Shown here: piece after piece, positions 12,394 through 24,915 of the stretch
How positions within the stretch are numbered: the first letter of the stretch is position 1
Layout of the letters: each line of letters starts with the position of its first letter
Assembly (NCBI GenBank): GCA_050084515.1
Contig: CM114271.1
Location: 42,594,001-42,658,000, forward strand
Length of the DNA stretch: 64,000 nt
From: Blasia pusilla
Taxonomy: Eukaryota
Direction: 5' to 3'
The notes under the pieces: generated by a model
Told to the model about the DNA's origin: nothing
Seen by the model: the letters and a program-made list of their open reading frames with translations, nothing else
Databases searched by the model: none
Made by a program: the position numbers and the translations under genes

Positions 12394-15300
12394 TTAGCTT
12401 GGTCTCCATTGCAACTCTACCTGTACCTTGCCATTCTTAGAATCTATCAACTGATACAGGTCGTTGATACGCTTGTTGTTTACGACATCAGCAAGATTGA
12501 TGTCTACATACCCCAATGCTTCCTGCGTTCCAGTGTCACATGCATAATTCAAATTGTTCTTCCATACTTCTAAACTGGGAAGTTCTGAGGTTTCCTCACA
12601 TCTATATTACTGCAACCTACACAAGCTAATATACAAACATGACAGTAGTTCAATACCTGTATTTACACCAAGAAAATCTTCCACAACCACCATATAAATC
12701 CCTCTTCAGACACACACTACCTCTTGGAAGGTCATGAAGCTTACCTTGAGATGCATACCGAAACCCAAATTCTTGCTCATTATCTCAACATGCAGTCGGT
12801 CATTTACTGGTGGCTCATCCAGGACCCACTCGAACTTTTGGTCCCACTTGGGATCTCTGTTCTTCTTGATGTGCTGCATTTTCCCACTCAAAAACTTATT
12901 TAGTTATCAACCCCTCATTATTAGAGGAGATTTTGAACAGATTAAAAAAATGATGTAATTCCCTGCATGGCGTGAACAGAGTTGCAGTTCTAAAATTCCC
13001 CACAAATCCACTCTACCAATTCTGCATCTCCAGATTTTACCTTGCTAAAAAGTATCCATATGCTTTGCCTTCCTACATATATTCTCTAGCTTCATCCCTC
13101 TATATAACATGCTAGTGTGTATGGTATCCGCAAAGTTCATACTGACCTGTCACATCAAAACTGCTATAGCTAAAAAGATAATAGTTGGATCAGAAAGGAC
13201 AAGCCTCGGATATCCAACATACCACCGGCTGCACAAAAATAGATTTTAAATCAATCAATCACTCATCCAACTCTGCATACCTTAGTTCTTTTCTCCTCCC
13301 CCTTGAAGATTACACGTGCATATGGATTGGTATGATGTTTGCCCTCCACATCCTCAGCTTCAACAATTGTTACCACCAACAAACCACCCCCTGCAGGTGT
13401 ACCTTCAGGAGCTTTTTCAACAACTTTATCTCCATTTCCTTCGTCGCCATCACCCATCTCCTCTTCTTTGAAAGGCTTGTAGTTCAGTTCCACTGTAATA
13501 GACCCTCTCTGCTTCTGATTCGAAGGATCATTGAGATTCATGTTCTTGACAAGGTCTAGTGTCTTTACTGTAACCTCCTCCGGAATCAATTCCTTCAAGG
13601 GAATTACTTGCATTCCTATCAACTCATGAGCACCAATCTAGACAGAAAGGCATAGACACCATATTAGCACATGTCATATCTCGAGACAGATCATGAGGTC
13701 AACGTATGGGATAAAGACCAAATCCTTAACTTGCATTAAGATTGGAACTCACCTTCTCCCAATCGTAGACATGAAGCTCAAGAGACTCGGACTGAGGATC
13801 ATGTAGAATGAACTTGAATGACTCATTCCATTCTGGATTCAGGTTGCTCTTTATTGTCCTTGTGACTTTTGCAAAGTGATGTCCATCTCCTAGGTGTAAT
13901 TTAACATATGGATCAGATTTACCCAACATGTCTTTCTTCTTCAAACCTTTAGCCCTCACAACCTTCACATTCAATAGTCCCACAGGTCTCCGTGCAGCAC
14001 TGCAAAATTCAAAGAAAGATACAACAAACAAGTCAGTAATTTTTCACCATAACAAGCTTCTAAAAACAGTAGCAAAGCAGAACAATCAGTACAACGTGGA
14101 TGCAGTTGTGAAGGGCATACTTTGCATCATCCACCACATTGACTTCAAATGTCTTAGGCCACAGGAACATATTCGCGACCTGATCCTTGATAAGGTCCTG
14201 AAAATGTAATGCCATGCATTAATTTCAAATGAGATTAGAACCACCAAAGTGCAAGAGTCGCAGTACAACAGCAATCATTCTAGGAGATTTAAAAAGCACC
14301 ACTAGAAGTAGATCCATTTGATGAGAAAAGAAGACTGGCCTTAGAATCAAACCTGCACCAGTCTGTAAACACCTGGGATTGCCATTATATCTCCACCCAT
14401 TAGCTTCAAGCCAAAATCTACGTGAGGCTGTTAACAAAAACAGAAGTCTCAGCACACTGTCAAAGAATTTGCTCCACCACACTAGAACTTGATTATTGTC
14501 CTCCTTTGAGGGTCCAAGGTCAGAGTTTTTTTGGCCAAAACAGTCGAATCCAAAGTAATCCAACACGGACAACAATTTATAATTCATACCTTCTCCATCA
14601 GCGACACGATGATCTTTGAAAAGCATGGGAATGTTTCAATCAGAGGCTTCAGTGTTATTCGTGCAGTTGCAAAGACTTGCACATCTACCAACTGCAAATA
14701 AGAGGATATGTCAGAACACTATATCCATTCCAAAGTTCGAGTCCCACATTAACAATAGAAATCTAGGATAACAGTATTGGGTCATTCTTTCCATACTAAT
14801 AGAAACAAGCAAATCAATGATGAGTTTGTGTCAAAAAGAGGCAAGTCTCCACCTGCACTGTGACCTTCATCCCAAAAGCTTTGACTGCAACTATGATGTT
14901 GGGGTTTCCGGCAAACTTTAGGGATGGCTCAAAGATCATCTCCTTTTCTTGAGTGTCATAAACTTTCATTCCTGTCCAAATAAACATAACACCTTGGATG
15001 AGTTTCAAACCACTGTCTAATGAACCATTGAGAACAAATCCTATAATCTTTCTTCAATTGTCCCATCCAATCATGTTGTTGGATTCACAATGGTGGGCAA
15101 CGAATTATACCAACAAGAGTGGGCGGTAGGGTGCCGAGGGTAAGCTGCTCAAACTCAATCGAATCCAATTTGAATTTCCCGCGATATTCCTCAGTATATG
15201 GTTTGGCCTGCTCCCGAATTATTTTGCAGATTGCCTGCAATAGAGCATGGAAAAAATAACTTTTCCTTAAGATTCAACATTTGACTTGCTACTTCAGCAC

Positions 15301-17900
15301 CCCAGAATTGAGAAACCCACACGTTGATTGTCTGAAGCTAGAGAATTATTCACAACAATATCTAGCATCTAAGGCGACTAAAAGACAAAAGATGTCATTA
15401 AATTGCACCTTGTCCAGATACGGCCAGAGATCTCGAACAAACGTGTTCAACCAGTCAACCTGTAAACAGATCCAACTTCATGTCAAGATTTCTTAAGCAT
15501 CGCAGCTAAATACAAGGGATTTACTAACCAAAATTGAAAAAGTCTTGTAAGAATCTCTACACAATCAAAAGTCAAAGCCCCTAACAAGATCTGAAGGTGA
15601 AGTGAGTTTAATCCGATGACTTACCTGGACTGGTCAAGTACAACCAGGTTGAAAGATTATTAGCAGTACAATGTACAATTTTGGCATAGACCTCATTCAC
15701 TCCAAATACAGCTTTCCATGCTAAATGCTGACAAGTATTCAAAGGTTGGGACGAGTACATGAAGGCTGAAGTACTTACTCTGTCAAAATCAGGATTCTTC
15801 ACCCAGTGAGGAATTTCTGGTAGTAATCCACAGATCGTTTTGGCATCGAGCTCTGACAGTGGCCTGATAACTGGATCCTGTAAACAATCACAACTTTTCT
15901 AGTCATGCATTCTGTATCTGCGGAAATACACACTATAGGAAGTTTGTCTCTGATCTGTGTCTTCCACTAACATCCCCTACACAACTGATCTTGGTTGACA
16001 TTTAATCAGTCTGTGGTACATTCTGCTATACCCTGGGATTGTGTACTTGAGCAGGGACTCACTTAAAACAATATCTTATTGGCTGGGTGGTTGGAACATT
16101 TCTGAACAAAATCAAGACAACTTTACTTTTGCATCTACAGACATAAGGCATAAGCAGGCAGCAATTTCATGCTCACCCACAACCAGTCTTCAAAAGCCTC
16201 AGCTCTTTTAGTCTCATTTCTACTGCAACTAAACTTCTACATCAAAACATCATAGACAACAGCTGTCCACGAGCAGCAGATGTCTTTTCTTGATTGTCTA
16301 TCACAACTTTCACTCTGATTTAAATCCAATCCACCCTGAACTGAAAGAAAAAGTGACCAGAGCTGCTACTCTGACCAACAATAGTTTATGGCGCATATTG
16401 CATCAATGAGATGGATGCACTCAGTCCATCACCTTTGGATAGATATCCAGGATGACACTAACTAATTCATGAGTGCATATGCACCTCCACGTATGGTTTC
16501 AGTCCTTGAGAAACTATGAACTTGATAAGCAACGTTTTGAGAAGCTCACAGAAACAAACTAACATGTCTCTTCCGTAATGGCATTTGTCATTTTCAAGGC
16601 TACCCCTACACGTGGTGTAGAGTTCTTCCCATGCTGTGGCTCTGGGATTATAAAGTGGTTGGTTATGCAATGCTTCAAAGTTAGTGGTGAAGAGCCTGTA
16701 AAAGACCTGTAAAAGATCTTAGACTCTCTCGAGAAATATCTTACTAATGGATCGCTCTTATAACCAAGGTAATGACGATAATCTGGATGATTTTGCGTGG
16801 TTCCCAAACATGAACATGGTTCTATAGCATAGCTGAAACTGACGTCCTGAACTCGTACACGGGCTTTTACCTGTCCTCAGAATTTCAGGCCACCCATCCA
16901 AGCGTCTGTAGTTTAGTTTGTTCTTCCTGATGTCAAGAGGAACAATGTACCCAGTAGCCACAAAAGGGCAAAGACTCTACCTCTTCACGCAAATGGCCAT
17001 AAATTTCCGTGGTATACGTTATAAAGCATTTACTATGAGGCTCTGTAAGGCATCTGCCAAGAGTCTTTTCGATACCCTGTAAGACTGAAATAAATACTTG
17101 CATTTGAAAGTTGTTTAAAAATGCTTGTCAACGAGTGTTCCACTGTCAGTGTTCTTCCCAGGCAGGCCATGAAATGCCATAGCTCACCGAAGTATGCTTT
17201 AGTTGAACAATTATGCATTTTAAAAATATCCAACTTGCGCAGTAAAGATGAACGTTCAGCTCGGTCATCAGCTTCTTATCGATCGATGGTCGTGAATGAA
17301 ATTCTCGTGGAGAAAATCAAAATACGTACAAGGTACCGTGGTAAGAGATACATGCAAGACATGCAAGCATGGGATACGAAAGGTTTCGTCGCTAAAGGAT
17401 CGCTGATAGTATTCTAAGAAAAGTTCAGAAGCTTGGATGATACGAGCTACCTACAAATGCACCAAAACCAAACCCAAGGTGAATACCTCACCGCCGGAAG
17501 GTTCCTTCTCGTGCGAAAACTTGCACGAGGGAGCAAACGAGAAAGATGGTTTCCGTGCGAACTAGAGATGACCAGGTTCAGCAAATCACCCAGGGATGTG
17601 ACGAAGCGCTTGAAATGCGCGAAAGGTTGAACAATCAAAGCAAAGAGAGAACTTGGCAAATACAATCTTATGACCGGGTGCTTACAGTGGAAAGAACTTC
17701 AAGTCAAAACGTTTGTGAACTTCAAGTCAGAACATTCTGCTCGTGGACGAGCTCACAAATGGAATGAAAATAGCCAAAGGAGTAGCTACCTTGACATCAG
17801 TAGGTTGCGAGTAGATGAAAAGGAAGTAGCCAACTACTAAACCGATGGCGACTCCCCATCCAAATCCAACCAAACCGAGTACAGTGCTCATGATTCCCAT
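12394..17900 (-). CDS. SYT: Plant synaptotagmin (SYT1/SYT2/SYT3-like: N-terminal TM, SMP domain, two C2 domains), about 539 aa
   Basis: Twelve GT-AG exons: 17790-17900, 15779-15877, 15409-15459, 15111-15234, 14853-14971, 14590-14691, 14353-14427, 14121-14197, 13753-13999, 13281-13637, 12745-12873, 12394-12522. They sum to 1620 nt and stay in frame. Peptides include MGIMSTVLGLVGFGWG (TM), WVKNPDFDRVDWLN, LGTLPP, GKSDPYVKL/NLNPEWNE (C2A), KHHTNPY/KKNRDPKW (C2B) and terminal VELQWRPS*. Confidence 0.95.
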
Positions 17901-18014
17901 CTTGCTTCGATGGAATGTCCAGACACAAAAACCTGCCACACGTCAAGAAATTACGGCAACGCAAAAGTCGAGATTTTCAGATTACTTGCTCAGCATCCCG
18001 ATCCGGAGCGGAAT

Positions 18015-18055
<41 letters not shown>

Positions 18056-18072
18056 CGCTCGCTCGCTCGCTC
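18015..18072. repeat. (CT)n followed by (CTCG)n microsatellite upstream of the synaptotagmin start codon
   Basis: Direct reading: about 18 CT units followed by CGCT repeats. Confidence 0.9.
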
Positions 18073-19553
18073 TGTCGCGCCAGGCTCGCACATAGCCACT
18101 CCCGCCAGGTCTCCGCAAAAAGTGACCAGTGAAAAGTACGTAAACATCCAATCGCAGACACTCGTATGACAACAGCCACGAGCGCGAGAGACATCCCGGA
18201 GTCCGGGGTCGAGAATCGCTTTAACGAGGCCACTAGCTTAATCACTGCGCGCATCGTCGTCACTTACAGCGTAATTACCGACTCACACTCCCCTCGCATT
18301 CACGATAAACGCGATCGACAAGATTCGCACGCCAAATTGTTGCTGATCAATCGCGCCTTCTCCTACTCCACTCTCCATCCCGCTCCCCGCCGAACTCATC
18401 GCCCCGCCTTCCGCATCATCTCCTCACCATCTTCTCGCGAATTAGCGACAATAATGCATCCACTCACTCGAATTGCGCTCGCTGCCAACAACAAGAAACT
18501 CTTTCTCCCTCTCTCTCTCTCTCCCCCTCACAACTGGGCACCCCTTTCCTCCCCTAGGCCCCGCTGCGCTGTCTGGCTGGCGCGTCTCGAGTCGGCAGCA
18601 AGCGGAAAAGCGGACACATGACGCCTACTTCCGTCTACCTCAGTTAATCCGCGGAGGGAGTAGTTACCCAGTTGGCGCGTCCGGAGGCGCGGTGTGCAAG
18701 CAGACGTGGAGACGCGATATTCCGCGCTTCGCCAGGTAACTCCGTAAGTGAGTCCAGCGTGGAGTTACCGAGCCATACCGACGGGGGATCTACTAGCCGG
18801 TACTGTACCGAGCATTATAATTGCCTGGACGAGTCGACCCTCTACAGACAGTGTTACCTGCGTACGGCTTCGGAGCCGTCGATCGGAGTGACGTGGGAGG
18901 ACTACGAGTCGTCATCCGATCAGGTGTACGTGTCAACCTTCCGCCGTAGCGAATGCAAGGGGCCGTATCATTCATTTCTTTGGCCATCTTAACGCCTTAA
19001 CACCTTTTTGGTTTTTATTTTAAGTCATCGGTGTCATCCACATAATATACATATATTTTTATATAATTGAAAGAGGATGGAGTTTGAAGAACACGTGTCA
19101 TGGTTCTCTTATCATGACACATGTATTTTTTGGCTTCGTCCGGTGATGACACATGTCATCTTTAACAAAAGAATTAGTGGATTATCACATACACTTAAAA
19201 TCATAAATTTAATTAATATAATTCCCATAGGTATTTTCATTTTCAACCGGGCATTATGCTAGTATTTATTATATATCAATATGTCTTAGTATGAACCCCA
19301 CTGAAATGATAAAATATTTTTGAAAAGAATTTATTTCCATATGTCAAACGAAGGAATAGCCTCTATATTACTAGCAAGAACCATTGGACAAAACATTCAT
19401 AATCCCATTTTTCCTTCACCATGAAAATAGGTACTTGACTTCCCTAGAATATTCTCTTTTCCACACCATTAGAACCAATTAGTTATTTAACATTGAAATA
19501 GTACACATATTATTGTTGCAAATGGAGCTATCTCAATTTTTCATTGTGATGTC

Positions 19554-19921
19554 TGTCATGACCATACGGATTCTGTCGTAGAGTATAGTGTGCTAGTAGA
19601 GGCCATACCTTATGTAGGGCCGCAGTGTCTAGGTAGAGATGCGATTTCATACATAGGGTTGGGGGTTATTCAGTTGAGGGTGACTTTTCCAATAGGGCCC
19701 GCTCTTAGGTTGGAGGATATAAGGTGGAGTGCACTCAAAGAACAGTCAGTTCTTTGAGTTGAGCATGTTGCGTTGGGAGTTAGCCTTGGTAGTGAGTAGA
19801 GCTCTTGGTTATGGTGTTTCCCGCAAGCTTCGACCTAGATTCTCCCATCGTGGAGTGGGTTTGGCTCGATTGTATGTGATTCTATATGTGTTTTATGACA
19901 GTAGGTCTTTCACAGATTTCA
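19554..19921 (+). repeat. Terminal repeat segment A1 (promoter/R/U5-like part of the LTR)
   Basis: Near-identical to 28584-28947 (about four substitutions and one small indel cluster by eye). Begins TG, ends TTTCA, and contains TATAA at 19718. Confidence 0.95.
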
Positions 19922-19933
19922 CTCAAAGAACTG
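19718..19933 (+). promoter_or_regulatory. LTR TATA box, predicted transcript 5' end (about 19747) and self-complementary primer-binding site (19921-19933)
   Basis: TATAA at 19718-19722. CAGTTCTTTGAGT at 19747-19759 is the exact reverse complement of ACTCAAAGAACTG at 19921-19933, which starts at the last base of A1. No TGG-initiated tRNA PBS abuts the repeat end. Confidence 0.7.
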
Positions 19934-21434
19934 GAGTAGATCGATCGTAGCTTTGATTGTAGGTCAGTAGGATCTAGTTAGGGCTGATTGTGTACTCATC
20001 CGTGGATGTTCGTGGCTTGTGGCCTATGTTGGAGGTAGGAATATGGTGCGTGGATGGCTGGGAAAGAAGCGCCTTTTTGAGAGCTTTCCGACGTGCTTTA
20101 GATCGCCGGATTTCGTCAAGGGAGTTGGAAGTTATCAAGGATTGAAGATTCTGGTTCGTGTTCGACGGTTTTCTGATGAGGAGAGCTTGGAGTGCGGAAG
20201 CTTTGTTGAAGTTCATCCAGATCGGGTGAGAGGTTCATGTTGCTACTTGTATTGTGATCTCATGTGAAACTATCTGCTTAAGTGTGTGGAGCGTTGCGGA
20301 TTTCTGCGTGCATGAAATTGGGCGGAAGCACTGTCGGATTTGCGATTCTGGAGGTGTATGGACAGCAAGTTTGTCTGATTTTTAGCTCGGAGTACAGAGC
20401 TTGGTTGTAGCTGATTTTTTGTGGAGAGATAGCTATGGTGGTAAATTGAATTTTGGTTGAAATAGATTCAATTTTGGTTGAGGATTTGTGGAGTAATTGC
20501 TGATCGAAATTTTGCAAACTCGCTCAAGGTCTGGGCTATGGTGGACAGCGGATCGGAGGGGCTGGTTGGTTGTTGACTCTTTCATTGTTGGAGATGCCTA
20601 TACCGTTGGGGGCGCCCTGGTTGGGCCTCTCTCCATAGCGAAGCATGGCGAAGCGTGGCGATAGGGGCGATAGGGGCATGTCTCGAGGCTTCGAGGCAAC
20701 TCGAGGTAGCTCGGGGCGAGTGGGCGTGAGAGGCGGAGTAAGGAGCAAGGAGCAAGCAAGCAAGCTTGCTTGCTTGGGCGTAGGGCAATTTTTGCAGGAT
20801 TTTTGATTTGAGTGTTGCATAACTGGTCACCCATCTTTGGGCTATTCTGCCTGGAAGACGCTTAACTGCAGAGTTCTTAACTATGCCAGTGTACACACTT
20901 GTGTAGCTCATTTGGTACTGTTCGGAGAGGTGTTAGGCGCTTTATGCATCTCAGGTTTTTGGTTGATGGACCTCTAGTGCATAGTACGGTGTAGCCTCTC
21001 CATGCAGGTGATATTTTCAGGTGTTGCGAGTTCGACTAGCACATCATTGACCCGCGGCGGAGTAGCTATTGCGTTAAAATTGTGTGGTGGGTTTTGTGGA
21101 TTCAGGGGGTGCCACATTTGTGGATTGTGTAACCTTGATTGCCATTTGCGATTGGAGGGTTGTCGTTGGACTTCCTATGTTTGGATCCCCTCCATCGTTG
21201 CTTCTTGCTTGCGCGCCCATTGTTAGGGTTGACGCTGATTTCCAGAGCAGTGTTACTCCTGTGTGCTACCGGTAGTGAGGCTTGAGTGATGACCAGTAGA
21301 CCGTGGGAGGCTTCTAGTGGTGATGATAGGTTAGGTTGCCTACATCCATAGTTAATAGAGCTAGAATAGTATAGCGACATCGACGTCACTTGGTTACTTA
21401 GTGGTGATAATTTGGTGGTGGTGCGGTATCGGCG

Positions 21435-22960
21435 TTGGTCATCACGGAGTTGTCGCGTGGTCAGGTTGGGGACCGTGGTGCGGACAGTGGTGGTTTCACA
21501 TGGAGTGGATTTAGGTATCGGCTACCTTTTCCACTTCCAACGGTTGATGTAGAGGAGGACGAGGGTGTTCCAAACACCGAGTCTTCTACGTTGTTATCGA
21601 GTGTTGCAGCTCCATTGATTTGGGACATGGACGGGATATATGGGGCCATGAAGGGCCCACGATGATACTCGGGTGCAGTGGGCACCATTGAGTTGGAGGA
21701 CTTCATGCAAGAGTTTGATACGTGGTGTGATATGCAGATGTTGCGGAACGCCACTTTGTTTACACCCTTCTTGGCTTGGAAGGGGTTGTTTCAGCACTTG
21801 GAGGGACCACCCATGGATGATTACCATGAGTTTAGGAAGGACCGTGTTGCTCAGATTGAGGCGTGGAGACAATATTGGTCTTCATGCTATGTGTCTATCA
21901 CCCATGGTGGTATTGGTAGTAATGCTCCTACTATGCCAACCAGCCCGACGTTGAGTGGTACGAGTACGAGCCGGAGTGGGGGTACCAGTGGAGGTACCCA
22001 TGGAGGTACTAGTGGAGGTACTAGTGCCCCACCATCGTTTAGCCCGGTTGCAGAGTTCTTCAAGAGGTTGAAGAAGAACTATCAGGGAGTGAAGACAGAG
22101 AAGTTGAGGAGTCTTCAAGAATTTGAGCGAAAGACTGGTGAGAGTCTTCGTGAGGCATACACTCGTATGCGACGCTTGATTTCAGACCATTGCCTTCATT
22201 TGTTGCCCCGCAGCAAGGACAGTCATGTTGGACATGTGGAGGTGATCATGTTAGGAAGTTTTGTCCCCAAGAGGATGGGAGACGGACTTTGGAGGATGGG
22301 CCTCAGTCGGCCCCTACTCAGTATGATCATTGCGGGAGACCAGGTCATCCTCGAGAACGTTGCTTTGATCTTCATCCAGAGTTGAGATCAGGCCGCGGCC
22401 GTGGTGGAGTAGCTCCGAGAGGCCGAGGTGGTAGAGGTGGTAGGGGTGGTAGAGGTGGACCAGTGGTTGGAGAGCCTACGGTGGCTACCCCTACCACTAC
22501 GACAGAGTCAGCTATAGCTGCCAGATTGAGCTTGATTGGAGCAGAAGTTGGCTACTATGGCTGGTATCCAACATAGATCAAGTTCGGGAGCAAGGGCTTC
22601 CACCTCTTATGGAGGGGATGATCTCTCTTATATGGCGAGTGCAGCACAGGTTGAGGCATCGGCTGTAGTTACGAGAGGAGCCACTCGAGCGTCAGAGCCA
22701 CGTGGTGCTAGTGTAGAGTTGGACCCACAGAGGGGTGAGGCTGGGAGGCAAGCTAGGCTTCCCCAGTCATTCTTGTTGTCTGAGGTGCTTAGGACTCCAT
22801 CCATGGTTCCTATGCAGCCTATTGAGCCGACAGTGGGGATTGAGGCATCTACATCGCGTGTAGTAGACACGGATGCAAAGATCAAGACAAAGATTGCGGA
22901 TGGCAACTTCAGTGTTGGGATCCCCATTGTTTTCGGCCACGGAGCTGATGGCTTTAGGAG
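21435..22960 (+). pseudogene. Gag region with two CCHC zinc knuckles and an RGG-rich tract
   Basis: ORFs 21435-21665, 21678-22385, 22190-22576 and 22536-22964. Motifs: GESLREAYTR, CWTCGGDHVRKFC, (Y)DHCGRPGHPRERC and GRGGRGGRGGRGG. Confidence 0.85.
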
Positions 22961-23179
22961 TTGACTTAGCTCCTGTATTTCAGCTAGCAGCCACGTTGTG
23001 TGAAGGTGGGGGTGTTACTGCTACACGTGGTGAGGTGGATGAGGGTGTTGCGGTGGAGCAACCCTCTATGTCAGGTGTAGTATTGAGAACCAGTGCTACT
23101 TGGCAAGCAGCAGCGGCGAAGATGGATGCATTACCAGCCCGGCCAGCCATTGATCGTGAGAGGCTTACACCTGGTGTAT

Positions 23180-23634
23180 GTATGTTGGACAACCGAAGTG
23201 GGATATTCCGATTGGTGAGTCCTACAGGACAGGTGTATAGACCAGATAGAGTCTTGTTAGACTTTGGTGCCCAACCTTTGATGTTGGGAAAGGCGGCATG
23301 TATTGGTTTGGGTATTCGGAGGTCAGAGCTTGAGCCTTGCCCATTCCAAATTCAAACATCACTTGGAGGAGCCAATGATAGGTCTCAATTCATGACACAT
23401 GAGAAGTTGTCTGTACAGTTGAGACCAGATCATGCAACTGATAGCTCCCAGTTGGGAGTACCTCCAGTGGTCACATCAGCCGAGTCATATGATGTACTAG
23501 TTGGAGGAGCAATATTGTACCCGATGGGTTTTCAAATGGATTACTGGACTGAGACAGCGTCTTATAGACCTGGTTGGCAGTCCGGGGATGGACGTATCAG
23601 CCAAGTTCCTGTGAGATTTATTTATGGGGCTTGA
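23180..23634 (+). pseudogene. Retroviral-type aspartic protease domain
   Basis: VLLDFGAQ at about 23251-23274 (D-S/T-G motif with S changed to F) and downstream YDVLVGG in ORF 22873-23634. Confidence 0.8.
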
Positions 23635-23985
23635 CCAGGAGGGTCTTCCCCAACGATGTTAGCATCTGTGGCTGGTTTTAGTGGAGTAGTCACTTGGCCA
23701 GGAGACTTTTTGGAGGGTAATGTTTCTGCTATGGATTCTCCTGTGCATGAGGAGGTAGAGGAGGTCCCTAGTTTTGCAGCAGTGGCATGCTCATCGTTGG
23801 ATGTTCCACTTTGGAGTTCAGGCGGTGCACTACGGCAGGAGGCTGATCGCCTAGTGCAGGAGGCTTGGTGTGAGGCTATTATATCTCACGAGGAAGAGGA
23901 GGCCCCATGGCAGACTCCTACTTCTGGTCCAGTTGGATTATCCTCTTTGGATACTACATCCATTGTATGGCAGTATCCGTTGGAG

Positions 23986-24915
23986 GGCATTTGTGTGTTA
24001 GATCTCTTTGTGGGATTAGCACTAGTTTGGCTGTAGTGTTGCAGGCCGGTATTCCTGTGCGGAGATACGTGTATATGGAGCGAGATGAGACGGCCCAGAG
24101 AGTGTCATCCCGACATATTAGTCAGTTGATGCGGAGATATCCTGAGTTGTTGCCGCCATGAGCTATTCGTGGGTACCAACGTGCTTTGCCGTCACACATT
24201 GCATTGTTGGGCGCGCAGGACCTTGAGAGGGTTGGTCATGTGGATTTGGTGATTGCTGGATGGCCATGTCAGGGTCATACACGTGCTGGTCGTGGTGAGG
24301 GATTACACGACCCTAGGTCTCGATTGTTTTGGGAGATGTTACGGGTGTTACGACATCTTAAGGTTCATCAGGCACGTGCTCCAGCTTACATTCTGGAGAA
24401 TGTTCCATTTTTGGGTGACACTCGGACCCGGATGATGGCGAGTGTTCATGAGGCGCGGTCTTGGATTGGACCAGCGGTGTTGTTAGATGTAGCGCAAGTT
24501 GGCTCGCGTGCACATCGTCCACGCTTGTGGTGGACAAACTTGTTGCCTAGGGAGGTTCTACGTCGAGCATATGATGCAGTGCAGCAGGATCCTTGCCTTA
24601 CAGTGGATAGTATATTGGATAATGGGTGACTTTCTCAGGTGGTGAGGGTTATTGATCAATCACCCATGGTAGTGGTAAACCGTGTGGGCCAGCCTAGGAT
24701 GGCACTACCCACATTTGTGAGTTTTCCCTCGTCACAAGCATACAGGGAAGGTGATCTCGGGCTTGTATGGGATTCTCATGTGTGACAGTTGGTGGAGCCT
24801 AACGTTGATGAGAGAGAGCGTGCAATGGGATTTACTACTGGTGTGACAGCGGTTGCTTCCATTTCTGAGGCTTCACGACGTCATGTGTTGGATCAGGCCA
24901 TGGACCTGAATTGTT
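23986..24915 (+). pseudogene. DNA cytosine-5 methyltransferase domain (DNMT3-like) inside the retrotransposon polyprotein
   Basis: Motifs appear in order: I VLDLF-(frameshift)-GI at about 23995-24018; II YVYMERD; IV DLVIAGWPCQG (PCQ at 24264-24272); VI YILENV (ENV at 24396-24404); VIII AHRPRLWWTNL (about 24510); IX ERERAMGF; X RRHVL(D)QAMD (about 24876-24905). Three in-frame stops. Confidence 0.92.

Noticed and set aside
13185-13559. Plus-strand ORFs overlapping host exons (also 38297-38620 and 55120-55650)
   Set aside because: Antisense shadows of real minus-strand coding sequence.
18985-19260. Short palindromes (GATGACACATGTCATC) resembling a MULE/Harbinger TIR
   Set aside because: No matching second TIR or transposase could be identified.
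19930-21430. Short ORFs in the retrotransposon leader as a possible extra gene
   Set aside because: No motif and no evident peptide conservation with the leaders of copies A and B.
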